Positions 41,381-50,038 of a DNA stretch of 64,000 nt are shown here, piece by piece. This stretch comes from Pseudoxanthomonas sp. (GTDB lineage Bacteria; Pseudomonadota; Gammaproteobacteria; Xanthomonadales; Xanthomonadaceae), in assembly GCA_024710765.1 (NCBI GenBank), contig JANJUE010000123.1, positions 17,005 through 81,004 of the forward strand, given 5' to 3'. The notes beneath the pieces are model-generated. The model was not told the DNA's origin, made no database searches, and saw nothing but the letters and a program-made list of their open reading frames with translations. Each line of letters begins with the position of its first letter. Position 1 is the first letter of the stretch. Made by a program: the position numbers and the translations under genes.

Positions 41381-41409
41381 TTGCCGCAACAGGGGGGTGA
41401 GGCTAACAT
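41381..41409 (+). promoter_or_regulatory. Candidate sigma-70 promoter for the DUF2244-cox operon (TTGCCG-17-TAACAT)
   Basis: Hexamers read directly from the sequence with a 17-bp spacer. The -10 element ends 38 nt upstream of the ATG at 41448. Not validated. Confidence 0.3.
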
Positions 41410-41447
41410 TTAGAGGTTTTCCGCGGCCTCGTTGCGCGGTTGGCAGC

Positions 41448-41927
41448 ATGATCGAAGTGCTTACGTCATTGCCGGGTATCCACGGCGCGCGGCTCCGGCT
41501 GCGACCGCCCCGGGCACTGACGGCCCGCCAGTTCGTGGCTTTGTTCGCCGCGCTGGCCGGGGCGATGTGGCTGGTGGCCCTGCTGGGCTGGCTGGCCGGC
41601 AACGCCTTCGCACCGGCCTTCGCCCTGCTGCACAGCGCACTGGTGGCCGCGGCGTTGCGTTGGCTATGGCGCAGCGGCGAGCGGGGTGAGGACATCACCA
41701 TCGGTCCGGAGGTCGTGGAAGTCACCCGCCCCCCCGAGACCGGAACGGTGTTCCGGGCGCATCCGTATTGGGTGCGGCTCCGTATCGAAGCGGATGGCGA
41801 AAGGATTTCGCTGGCTTCCAGTGGTCGCCAGGTCGAGGTGGGCAATTTCCTCGGTCCGGGCGAACGCAGGCAGTTGGCGGACAAGTTGCAGGATTTACTG
41901 GCGGCCGCGAGCGGTCGCAACCGATGA
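41448..41927 (+). CDS. DUF2244-like integral membrane protein associated with the cytochrome oxidase cluster
   Basis: Two TM helices (FVALFAALAGAMWLVALLGWLAG, FALLHSALVAAALRWLW) followed by a soluble domain. Lies immediately upstream of coxB. Family name is from memory. Confidence 0.65.
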   Translation: MIEVLTSLPGIHGARLRLRPPRALTARQFVALFAALAGAMWLVALLGWLAGNAFAPAFALLHSALVAAALRWLWRSGERGEDITIGPEVVEVTRPPETGTVFRAHPYWVRLRIEADGERISLASSGRQVEVGNFLGPGERRQLADKLQDLLAAASGRNR

Positions 41928-41946
41928 CGCATTTGGGGTCTAGGCA

Positions 41947-42885
41947 ATGACGCAAGTGAATGGGTATTGGAAGCGTTTGATGACGGTCTGCGCGTTGCTG
42001 GCTTCGCCGGTACTGGCGTGGGCGCAGCCGTCGGACCCGAAGCCGTGGCAGCTGAACATGGGCAAGGGCGTCACCGCCTCGTCCCAGCATGCCTACGACG
42101 CGCACATGGTGGCGCTGATCGTGTGCATCGTGATCGGCATCATCGTGTTCGGCGCGATGGCCTACGCGATGTTCAAGTTCCGCAAGTCCAAGGGTGCCGT
42201 GGCCGCGCAGTTCAGCCACAACACCACCGCGGAAATCATCTGGACCGTCATCCCGGTGCTGATCCTGGTGGTCATGGCCTGGCCGGCGACCGCCAAGCTG
42301 ATCGCCATGTACGACACCCGCGACTCCGAGATGACCGTCAAGGTCACCGGTTACCAGTGGATGTGGAAGTACGAATACCTGGGCGAGGACGTGTCCCTCA
42401 CCAGCCGCCTGGACCGCGAGTCCGACCGCATCCGCCAGAGCGGCGAGAAGCCGGACCTGGCCAAGAATCCGCACTACCTGCTGGACGTGGACAATGAACT
42501 CGTCCTGCCGGTCAACACCAAGATCCGTTTCGTGATCACCGCCGACGACGTCATCCACGCCTGGTGGGTGCCGGCGCTGGGCTGGAAGCAGGACGCGATC
42601 CCGGGCATCGTCAACGAGGCCTGGACCGACATCAAGGAACCGGGCGTGTACCGCGGCCAGTGCGCCGAGCTGTGCGGCAAGGACCACGGCTTCATGCCGA
42701 TCGTCGTGCGCGCGGTGCCGAAGGAAGAGTTCCAGAAGTGGCTGGCTGCGAAGAAGCCGGCTCCGGCCCCGGCGGCTCCCGCCGCGCCGGCGGAAGCCGC
42801 GCCCGCCGATGGCCAGGCCGCTCCGGCCCCGGCCACCGACGCCGCCCCCACCAGCGAGCAGGCTGCGCCCCCGGCGCAGGCCTGA
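41947..42885 (+). CDS. coxB: Cytochrome c oxidase subunit II
   Basis: CuA site HAWWVPALG...CAELCGKDHGFM. Signal peptide plus two TM segments. Ala/Pro-rich C-terminal tail. Confidence 0.93.
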   Translation: MTQVNGYWKRLMTVCALLASPVLAWAQPSDPKPWQLNMGKGVTASSQHAYDAHMVALIVCIVIGIIVFGAMAYAMFKFRKSKGAVAAQFSHNTTAEIIWTVIPVLILVVMAWPATAKLIAMYDTRDSEMTVKVTGYQWMWKYEYLGEDVSLTSRLDRESDRIRQSGEKPDLAKNPHYLLDVDNELVLPVNTKIRFVITADDVIHAWWVPALGWKQDAIPGIVNEAWTDIKEPGVYRGQCAELCGKDHGFMPIVVRAVPKEEFQKWLAAKKPAPAPAAPAAPAEAAPADGQAAPAPATDAAPTSEQAAPPAQA

Positions 42886-42915
42886 TCGTCCGCTTAGCTG
42901 CAAGAGATCACGAAC

Positions 42916-44529
42916 ATGGCCCATACCGCCGTCGATCACCACGACGATCACCACGGTCACCAGCAGAGCTTCATCGAGCGTTGGTTCTTCTCGACCAACC
43001 ACAAGGACATCGGCACGCTCTACCTGGTTTTCAGCTTCATCATGTTCATCATCGGCGCGGGTATGTCGGTGATCATCCGTGCCGAGCTGATGACCCCGGG
43101 CCTGCAGTTCGTCAAGCCCGAGTTCTTCAACCAGATGACCACCGTGCACGCGCTGGTCATGATCTTCGGCGGCGTGATGCCGGCCTTCGTCGGCCTGGCC
43201 AACTGGATGATTCCGCTGCAGATCGGCGCGCCTGACATGGCGCTTCCGCGCATGAACAACTGGTCCTTCTGGATCATGCCGTTCGCCTTCAGCCTGCTGC
43301 TGCTGACCCTGTTCCTGCCGGGCGGCGCGCCGGCCGGTGGCTGGACCCTGTATCCGCCGCTGTCGCTGCAGGGCGGCGCCAACGTGGCCTTCAGCATCTT
43401 CGCCATCCACATGATGGGCGTGAGCTCGATCATGGGCGCGATCAACATCATCGCGACCGTGCTGAACATGCGCGCCCCGGGCATCGACCTGCTGAAGATG
43501 CCGATCTTCTGCTGGACCTGGCTGATCACCGCGTTCCTGCTGATCGCGGTGATGCCGGTGCTGGCCGGCGCGGTCACCATGCTGCTGACCGACAAGTTCT
43601 TCGGCACCAGCTTCTTCAACGCCGCCGGCGGCGGCGACCCGGTGATGTACCAGCACATCTTCTGGTTCTTCGGTCACCCCGAGGTCTACATCATGATCCT
43701 GCCGGCGTTCGGCGTGGTGTCGGAAATCATCCCGACCTTCAGCCGCAAGCCGCTGTTCGGCTACCAGGCCATGGTGTACGCGACTGCCTCGATCGCCTTC
43801 CTGTCGTTCATCGTGTGGGCGCACCACATGTTCACGGTGGGCATGCCGCTGGGTGGCGAAATCTACTTCATGTTCGCGACCATGCTGATCGCCATTCCGA
43901 CCGGCGTGAAGGTGTTCAACTGGGTCAGCACGATGTGGAAGGGCTCGTTGACGTTCGAGACCCCGATGCTGTGGGCGGTGGGCTTCGTCATCCTGTTCAC
44001 CATCGGCGGCTTCTCCGGCCTGATGCTGGCCATCGTGCCGGCGGACTTCCAGTACCACGACACCTATTTCGTGGTGGCGCACTTCCACTACGTGCTGGTG
44101 ACCGGCGCGCTGTTCTCCATCATCGCCGCCACCTATTACTGGTGGCCGAAGTGGACCGGCCGCATGTACAACGAGACGGCCGGCAAGTTCCACTTCTGGT
44201 GGACGGTGATCTTCGTCAACCTGCTGTTCTTCCCGCAGCACTTCCTGGGCCTGGCCGGCATGCCGCGCCGCATCCCGGACTACAACCCGGTGTTCGCGGA
44301 CTGGAACCTGGTCAGCTCGATCGGCGCGTTCGGCATGTTCCTGACGCCCTTCATGATGGCCATCATCCTGTGGAGCTCGCTGCGCAACGGCGCCAAGGCC
44401 GAAGCACGGGCCTGGGAAAACGCCCGTGGCCTGGAGTGGACCGTGCCCTCGCCGGCGCCGCACCACACCTTCAGCACCCCGCCGGTCATCAAGGATGGTG
44501 ATCTGGCGCACGGCGACGTGACCCACTGA
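42916..44529 (+). CDS. coxA: Cytochrome c oxidase subunit I
   Basis: Twelve-TM heme-copper oxidase core with WFFGHPEVYI and HHMFTVGM motifs. Confidence 0.95.
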   Translation: MAHTAVDHHDDHHGHQQSFIERWFFSTNHKDIGTLYLVFSFIMFIIGAGMSVIIRAELMTPGLQFVKPEFFNQMTTVHALVMIFGGVMPAFVGLANWMIPLQIGAPDMALPRMNNWSFWIMPFAFSLLLLTLFLPGGAPAGGWTLYPPLSLQGGANVAFSIFAIHMMGVSSIMGAINIIATVLNMRAPGIDLLKMPIFCWTWLITAFLLIAVMPVLAGAVTMLLTDKFFGTSFFNAAGGGDPVMYQHIFWFFGHPEVYIMILPAFGVVSEIIPTFSRKPLFGYQAMVYATASIAFLSFIVWAHHMFTVGMPLGGEIYFMFATMLIAIPTGVKVFNWVSTMWKGSLTFETPMLWAVGFVILFTIGGFSGLMLAIVPADFQYHDTYFVVAHFHYVLVTGALFSIIAATYYWWPKWTGRMYNETAGKFHFWWTVIFVNLLFFPQHFLGLAGMPRRIPDYNPVFADWNLVSSIGAFGMFLTPFMMAIILWSSLRNGAKAEARAWENARGLEWTVPSPAPHHTFSTPPVIKDGDLAHGDVTH

Positions 44530-44553
44530 GCCGGGTGACGGGTGGCTGAGTCC

Positions 44554-44688
44554 ATGAACGCTCCGATGCTCTCGCCGGAAGAAGCCGCGCGCCGCCGCAA
44601 GGCGGTGCTGCGCACGGCGTGGATCGTGGGTGGCCTGGCCTTCGCCATCTTCGTGCTGTTCATCCTGCGCGCGGTGTTGAGCGCGTGA
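44554..44688 (+). CDS. 44-aa single-TM protein (cytochrome oxidase small assembly protein-like), absent from the ORF track
   Basis: My own translation: [44 protein letters not shown]. Nearly all codons end in G/C. Basic stretch plus one TM helix. The stop overlaps the proposed GTG start of ctaG. Confidence 0.6.
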   Translation: MNAPMLSPEEAARRRKAVLRTAWIVGGLAFAIFVLFILRAVLSA

Positions 44689-45260
44689 GCGGCAAGGCGT
44701 CCAATTCGGCGGGCCTGCTCAAGCTGGTGGGCGTGGCGCTGGGCGTGTTCGTGCTGACGTTCTCGCTGGTGCCGCTGTACCGCATCGCCTGCGAGAAGGT
44801 GTTCGGCGTGCGCCTGGAGAAGGGACCGGGCCAGGCGCAGGTCGCCGAAGTCAAGGCCAAGCGCACCGTCACCGTGCAGTTCGACGGCGGCGTGAACTCC
44901 AAGCTGCCGTGGGCGTTCCATCCCGAACAGCTGACCATGCAGGTGGTGCCGGGCGAGCTGTACGAGGCCAAGTACTTCGCGCGCAACGATGGCCAGCGGC
45001 CAATCGTCGGCAGCGCGGTGCCATCGGTGGCTCCGGCGCGCGCCTCGGGCTATTTCACCAAGACCGAATGCTTCTGCTTCACCGCCCAGACCCTGCAGGC
45101 CGGTGAAGTCCGCGACATGCCGGTGCGTTTCATCGTCGATCCCAACCTGCCGACCGACGTGAAGACCATCACCCTGTCGTATACCTTCTACAAGAACGAT
45201 GCCATGACCGCGCAACTGGGCGCGGCCAACGCGTCCAATTCGCCGCACGCGGCACCCTGA
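44685..45260 (+). CDS. ctaG: Cytochrome c oxidase assembly protein CtaG/Cox11
   Basis: Copper-binding CFCF motif, [13 protein letters not shown] at 44685 proposed as the start (GTGA overlap with the small ORF). The track ORF start at 44619 is also GTG. Confidence 0.85.
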   Translation: MSGKASNSAGLLKLVGVALGVFVLTFSLVPLYRIACEKVFGVRLEKGPGQAQVAEVKAKRTVTVQFDGGVNSKLPWAFHPEQLTMQVVPGELYEAKYFARNDGQRPIVGSAVPSVAPARASGYFTKTECFCFTAQTLQAGEVRDMPVRFIVDPNLPTDVKTITLSYTFYKNDAMTAQLGAANASNSPHAAP

Positions 45261-45288
45261 TCGAGCCTTAGGAACCGGAAGACACGCC

Positions 45289-46167
45289 ATGGCACAAGCT
45301 CACTCGCCAGACGCCAACATCTACTTCGTGCCACACAGCAGCAAGTGGCCGTTCGTGGGCTCCATCTCCATGTTCGTCACCATGTTCGGCGTGGCCAGCT
45401 GGCTCAACGACGCCGCATGGGGCAAGTGGACCTTCTTCGCCGGCGTGTTCCTGCTCTGCGCGACCCTGTTCATGTGGTTCGGCGACGTGATCCGCGAGTC
45501 GGTCAGCGGCAACTACAACAAGCAGGTGGACGTGTCCTTCCGCATGGGCATGGTCTGGTTCATCTTCTCCGAAGTGATGTTCTTCGCGGCGTTCTTCGGC
45601 GCGCTGTTCTACGCCCGCCAGTTCGCGCTGCCGTGGCTGGGCGGCGAAGGCGACGGCGTGATGACCAACGCGCTGCTGTGGGACGGCTTCTCCTCGGCAT
45701 GGCCGAGCGCCGGCCCGGGCCAGGTCGGTGGCCAGTTCCAGACCATCCCGGCCTGGGGCCTGCCGCTGCTCAACACCCTGATCCTGCTGACCTCGGGCGT
45801 GACCATCACCATCGCCCACCATGCGCTGAAGGCGGGCCACCGCAAGCAGCTGCTGGTATTCCTGGGGCTGACCGTCCTGCTGGGCTGCGTGTTCCTGTTC
45901 TTCCAGGCGGAGGAATACATCCACGCCTACAAGGAACTGAACCTGACCCTGGGTTCGGGCATCTACGGTTCCACGTTCTTCATGCTGACCGGCTTCCACG
46001 GCGCCCACGTGACGCTGGGCACGATCATGCTGGCGATCATCTGGCTGCGCTGCGCGCGCGGCCACTTCAGCAAGGACGACCACTTCGGTTTCGAAGCCGT
46101 GGCCTGGTACTGGCACTTCGTCGACGTGGTTTGGCTGGGCCTGTTCCTGTTCGTGTACGTGCTGTAA
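45289..46167 (+). CDS. coxC: Cytochrome c oxidase subunit III
   Basis: Seven-TM subunit III with GFHGAHVTLG and WYWHFVDVVW motifs. Confidence 0.93.
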   Translation: MAQAHSPDANIYFVPHSSKWPFVGSISMFVTMFGVASWLNDAAWGKWTFFAGVFLLCATLFMWFGDVIRESVSGNYNKQVDVSFRMGMVWFIFSEVMFFAAFFGALFYARQFALPWLGGEGDGVMTNALLWDGFSSAWPSAGPGQVGGQFQTIPAWGLPLLNTLILLTSGVTITIAHHALKAGHRKQLLVFLGLTVLLGCVFLFFQAEEYIHAYKELNLTLGSGIYGSTFFMLTGFHGAHVTLGTIMLAIIWLRCARGHFSKDDHFGFEAVAWYWHFVDVVWLGLFLFVYVL

Positions 46168-46171
46168 GGAC

Positions 46172-46298
46172 GGGATTGGAGATTCGGGATTCGTTCCCGG
46201 TTCCCGATACAGAAAAGGCGACGGTCAGCCCGTCGCCTTTTTTCATCTGGGGGATTCGAAGCGCTTTTCCGAATCCCCAATCACAAATCCCGAATCCC
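46172..46298. repeat. GGATTCG-type intergenic repeats arranged as inverted copies around a terminator
   Basis: GGGATTGGAGATTCGGGATTCG (46172-46193). GGGGATTCG...CGAATCCCC hairpin (46250-46278). CGAATCCCCAATCACAAATCCCGAATCCC (46270-46298). Confidence 0.6.
46213..46243. terminator. Bidirectional rho-independent terminator between coxC and the DUF2909 gene
   Basis: AAAA-GGCGACGG-tcagc-CCGTCGCC-TTTTTT. A-tract on one side and T-tract on the other, between convergent genes. Confidence 0.85.
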
Positions 46299-46312
46299 GG
46301 CGCAACGCGCCA

Positions 46313-46531
46313 TCACGCCCCCACCCCATGCGGCTTGATCCAGCCCATGTAGATGGCGAGGATGACCAGCAGGATGAGCGCCACCGACAGGCCGATGCGG
46401 CGGGTCAGGGCGTTGACGGTGCGCTTGCTCTGGCCCTTGTCCACCAGCAGGTAGTAGAGGCCGGCGCCAAGGTTCCAGATGATCAGGAGCAGGAACGCGA
46501 TGATCAGCAGGGTTTTCAAAGAATCATTCAT
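46313..46531 (-). CDS. Twin transmembrane helix small protein (DUF2909)
   Basis: 72 aa with two TM helices (LLIIAFLLLIIWNLGAGLYYLL, IGLSVALILLVILAIYMGW). The position inside cox clusters is conserved in beta/gamma-proteobacteria as I recall. Confidence 0.8.
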   Translation of the reverse strand: MNDSLKTLLIIAFLLLIIWNLGAGLYYLLVDKGQSKRTVNALTRRIGLSVALILLVILAIYMGWIKPHGVGA

Positions 46532-46593
46532 GGGAGCCTCGAAAGGCGTGCAGCGGGCATGAACACATTATTGCAGCCGATGGGGAATCGCGC

Positions 46594-47325
46594 GTGAGCC
46601 GGCGCCGGATGCCGCTGGCGGTCGGCTGGACCCTGGCGCTGATCGTGATCGCCCTGTTCTGCGGCCTGGGCACCTGGCAACTGGGGCGGGCCCAACAGAA
46701 GGAAGCCATGCTGGCCGCGTCCGGGAAGATTCTCAGCGAACGCCGTCCGGTGCCGCTCGATCAGGCCGCCCGGCCCGGACTCAAGGACGACTACGCCTGG
46801 ACCGCCGCTCGCGGCCGCTTCCCGCCGGGTCCGGCGGTGCTGCTGGACAACCAGAACCACGACGGACGCGCGGGCATCCGCGCCTACCGGGTGTTCCAGG
46901 CCGAGGGCGCGCCGCCATTGCTGGTCGAACTGGGCTGGCTGCCGTTGCCCGGCGATCGGAAACTGCCGGTGATCGTCCTGCCCGAGGGCGAGCAGGATCT
47001 GAGCGGCCTGCTCGCGCCGCCGCCCGCCGGGGGCCTGGTCAAGGCGGTGAGCGCGCCCCAGCCCGGCGGCGACCGGCTGGTGACCGGGCTGGACATGCCC
47101 GCGCTGGCGCGCGAGCTGGGCCTGCCGGCGCTGGCGCCACGCGTGTTCCGTCCGGATCCCGCGTTGCCGCTGGGCTATGCGCGCGATCTCGACATCCTGC
47201 CCAATACCCTGCCGCCGGAACGCCACCTGGGCTACGCGGTGCAATGGTTCGGGCTGGCGCTGGCGGTGTTCATCACCGCGCTGGTGGTCAGCCGCCGCGG
47301 TCGCCGCCGCCGGCAGGAGCGCTGA
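46594..47325 (+). CDS. SURF1-family cytochrome oxidase biogenesis protein
   Basis: LGTWQLGRAQQKEAML N-terminal signature and a C-terminal TM after HLGYAVQWFGLA. GTG start (alternative ATG at 46609). Confidence 0.88.
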   Translation: MSRRRMPLAVGWTLALIVIALFCGLGTWQLGRAQQKEAMLAASGKILSERRPVPLDQAARPGLKDDYAWTAARGRFPPGPAVLLDNQNHDGRAGIRAYRVFQAEGAPPLLVELGWLPLPGDRKLPVIVLPEGEQDLSGLLAPPPAGGLVKAVSAPQPGGDRLVTGLDMPALARELGLPALAPRVFRPDPALPLGYARDLDILPNTLPPERHLGYAVQWFGLALAVFITALVVSRRGRRRRQER

Positions 47326-47351
47326 GCCGCCGCGCATGAGAAAATAACCGG

Positions 47352-47921
47352 ATGACTTCGATGCCCCCCGATGCCGGCCGCGCCCGCGGCCGCTGGATGC
47401 TGGTCGCGCTGTTCGCCCTGTTCTTCGGCACCGTGTTCGGCGCCGGCGTGTTGCGTTTCGCCGGCTGGCAGCCGACTGGCCACAAGAACAACGGCGAGAT
47501 GCTGCAGCCGCCGTCCGATGCCCGCCTGATCGTGCCGCGCCTGGCCAATGGCCAACCCTACGCCTGGCAACCGGGCGAGCGGATCTGGCGCATCGCGGTG
47601 GCGCCGCCGGCCGATTGCGCCGCCGAATGCGTGAAGCTGGCGCAGGACCTGGACAAGGTCTGGCGCCTGTTCGGGCACAACGCCGACAAGGTGGAGATTC
47701 TCTGGATCGGGCCGTTGCCGGCGGGCGCGCCGGCGACCGAGGCGCGCCGGGAGCTGCAGGCCACGCCGGAACTGCTGGCGGCGCTGCCGCGCCTGCAGGA
47801 TCCGAAGGGCGTGCCCGTCTATGTCATCGATCCCCATGGTTTCGTGATCCTGCGCTATCCGCCCGGCTTCGATGCCGGCGGCCTGTACAAGGACGTCGCG
47901 AAGCTGCTGAAACTGATCTGA
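47352..47921 (+). CDS. Membrane-anchored thioredoxin-fold protein, SCO1/SenC-like with CxxxC
   Basis: N-terminal TM (WMLVALFALFFGTVFGAGVL). WRIAVAPPADCAAECVKLAQDL aligns with the SCO CxxxC region. C-terminal VYVIDPHGFVILRY resembles the SCO beta-hairpin. Confidence 0.6.
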   Translation: MTSMPPDAGRARGRWMLVALFALFFGTVFGAGVLRFAGWQPTGHKNNGEMLQPPSDARLIVPRLANGQPYAWQPGERIWRIAVAPPADCAAECVKLAQDLDKVWRLFGHNADKVEILWIGPLPAGAPATEARRELQATPELLAALPRLQDPKGVPVYVIDPHGFVILRYPPGFDAGGLYKDVAKLLKLI

Positions 47922-47934
47922 GGGTGCGTCCGAG

Positions 47935-49080
47935 ATGAATGCCGTCGCCCGGCCCGTGCTGTATCGCCATTTCCATCGCATCGCCTGGCTGGCCGTTGGC
48001 CTGGCCCTGTGCGTCATCGTGTTCGGCGCCTTCGTGCGCCTGTCCAATGCCGGCCTGAGCTGCCCGGACTGGCCGACCTGCTATGGCCGGGCCAGTTGGC
48101 CGCAGAGCACCCATGAAGTGGCGGATCACGCCGCCAGCGCGATCCGTCCGTTCGAGACGCACAAGGCCTGGCGCGAGCAGGTGCACCGGCACATCGCCGC
48201 GACCCTGGGCATGCTGGTGCTGATCCTGTCGCTGCTGGCCGCGCGCCGTCGCCGCTTCGGCATCGCCACCATCCTGCTGGCATCCGCCTTCGTGGCCACC
48301 GCGATCCCGCTGTACATGCATGGCGAGCACGTGGCCGCGTCGGCGCTGGCGATCATCGGCGAGGCGATCCTGCTGTTCGCCGCGTTGCGCTGGTCCAACC
48401 TGGACCTGGCGCGGGTGAGCGTGCTGACCCTGGCGGTGATCATCTTCCAGGCGCTGCTGGGCATGTGGACGGTGACCTGGTTGCTCAAGCCGATCGTGGT
48501 GATGGGCCATCTGCTGGGCGGCCTGACCACGTTCGCGCTGCTGGTCTGGATGGCCTGGCGCGCGACCGACCAGCCGATCCGGCTGGGCGATGCATTGTCG
48601 CTGCGCCGCTGGGTGATCGGCGGCCTGATCCTGCTGGGCATCCAGATCGCCCTGGGCGGCTGGGTCAGCGCGAACTACGCGGCGGTGGCCTGCGGGCTGG
48701 ACTTCCCCAGGTGCGTTGGACGCTGGTGGCCGCCGGCCGACTTCAGCGAAGGCTTCGTGCTGTGGCGCGGCATCGGCGTGGACTATGAAGGCGGCGTGCT
48801 CGATGGCGCCTCGCGCATCGCCATCCAGATGACCCACCGGATCATGGCGGTCATCGTCGCGCTGTACGTGCTGGGCCTGGGCGTGCGGCTGTTCCGTACC
48901 CCGGGCATGCGCGGCTGGGCCACCTTGCTGGTGCTGCTGGTCATCGCGCAGTTCACCCTCGGCATCCTCAACGTCAAGTTGAACCTGCCGCTGCACGTCG
49001 CGGTCGCGCACAACGCCGGCGCGGTGCTGCTGCTGTTCACCCTGGTCTCGTTGATCGCGCGCCTGCGCAAGCCCGAATGA
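47935..49080 (+). CDS. ctaA: Heme A synthase (COX15/CtaA)
   Basis: Eight-TM COX15 family protein with an N-terminal CPDWPTC motif. ATGA overlap with cyoE. Confidence 0.9.
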   Translation: MNAVARPVLYRHFHRIAWLAVGLALCVIVFGAFVRLSNAGLSCPDWPTCYGRASWPQSTHEVADHAASAIRPFETHKAWREQVHRHIAATLGMLVLILSLLAARRRRFGIATILLASAFVATAIPLYMHGEHVAASALAIIGEAILLFAALRWSNLDLARVSVLTLAVIIFQALLGMWTVTWLLKPIVVMGHLLGGLTTFALLVWMAWRATDQPIRLGDALSLRRWVIGGLILLGIQIALGGWVSANYAAVACGLDFPRCVGRWWPPADFSEGFVLWRGIGVDYEGGVLDGASRIAIQMTHRIMAVIVALYVLGLGVRLFRTPGMRGWATLLVLLVIAQFTLGILNVKLNLPLHVAVAHNAGAVLLLFTLVSLIARLRKPE

Positions 49081-49958
49081 GCATTGCATTTCGCCAGTAC
49101 TGGGACCTGACCAAGCCGCGCGTGGTCGCGCTGATCGTGTTCACCGCGATCGTCGGCATGTTCCTGGCCATCGACGGCCTGCCCGATCTGGATCAGCTGC
49201 GCCGTGGCGCGCTGGGCTTCCTCGGCATCTGGCTGGCGGCGTCCAGCGCGGCGGCGATCAACCAGCTGCTCGACACCCGCATCGATGCCAAGATGGCGCG
49301 CACGTCCTGGCGTCCGCTGGTGGTGGGGCAGGTCAAGCCCTGGCAGGCGCTGGTGTTCGCGCTGTGCCTGGCGGCGCTGTCGATGGCGATCCTGGTGCTG
49401 TGGGTCAACGTCATCACCGCGATCCTGACCTTCGCCTCGCTGATCGGTTATGCGGTGATCTATACCGTGTTCCTCAAGCGGGCGACGCCGCAGAACATCG
49501 TCATCGGCGGCATCGCCGGTGCCGCGCCGCCGCTGCTGGGCTGGGCGACCATGACCGGCATGCGCGGCGAATGGGACTGGGCCCACGCGCTGCTGCTGGT
49601 GCTGATCATCTTCGTGTGGACGCCGCCGCATTTCTGGGCGCTGGCCATCTTCCGCCGCGAGGACTACGCGCGGGCGCTGGTGCCGATGTTGCCGGTCACC
49701 CACGGCGTCACCTACACGCGCTGGCAGATCCTGTTCTACACGGTGCTGCTGGTGGAGGTGACCGTGCTGCCGGTGGTGTTCGGCATGAGCGGCCTGTTCT
49801 ACCTGGGCGGCGCGCTGGTGCTGGGCCTGGTGTTCCTCTGGTATGCCTGGCGCCTGCTGGACCCGCCGGACGAGTTCTTCGCCATGCGGATGTTCAACTA
49901 CTCCATCGTCTACCTGATGGCGTTGTTCGCGTTCCTGCTGGTCGACCACTGGCTGTAG
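49077..49958 (+). CDS. cyoE: Protoheme IX farnesyltransferase (heme O synthase)
   Basis: UbiA-family motif [20 protein letters not shown]. 293 aa and polytopic. Confidence 0.92.
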   Translation: MSIAFRQYWDLTKPRVVALIVFTAIVGMFLAIDGLPDLDQLRRGALGFLGIWLAASSAAAINQLLDTRIDAKMARTSWRPLVVGQVKPWQALVFALCLAALSMAILVLWVNVITAILTFASLIGYAVIYTVFLKRATPQNIVIGGIAGAAPPLLGWATMTGMRGEWDWAHALLLVLIIFVWTPPHFWALAIFRREDYARALVPMLPVTHGVTYTRWQILFYTVLLVEVTVLPVVFGMSGLFYLGGALVLGLVFLWYAWRLLDPPDEFFAMRMFNYSIVYLMALFAFLLVDHWL

Positions 49959-49984
49959 CCCGGTATGCGACCGGTACGATGAAG

Positions 49985-50008
49985 AAAGGCCCGCGCTAGC
50001 GGGCCTTT
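49985..50008. terminator. Stem-loop terminator between convergent cyoE and the S9 peptidase gene
   Basis: AAAGGCCCGC-gcta-GCGGGCCTTT perfect 10-bp stem, with A/T-rich shoulders on both sides. Confidence 0.65.
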
Positions 50009-50038
50009 CCGTTTCCGGTATCCACGCTGGCGGCGGGA

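Noticed and set aside
37745-41413. 1222-aa plus-strand ORF, the longest in the track
   Set aside because: It is antisense to putA, which has clear PRODH/ALDH motifs. It also runs through the putA terminator and part of a GGDEF gene. The composition is typical of GC-rich shadow frames.
41722-44526. 934-aa minus-strand ORF across coxB/coxA
   Set aside because: It is antisense to two of the most conserved genes in the window. Its His/Arg/Asp/Gly-rich translation has no domain signatures.
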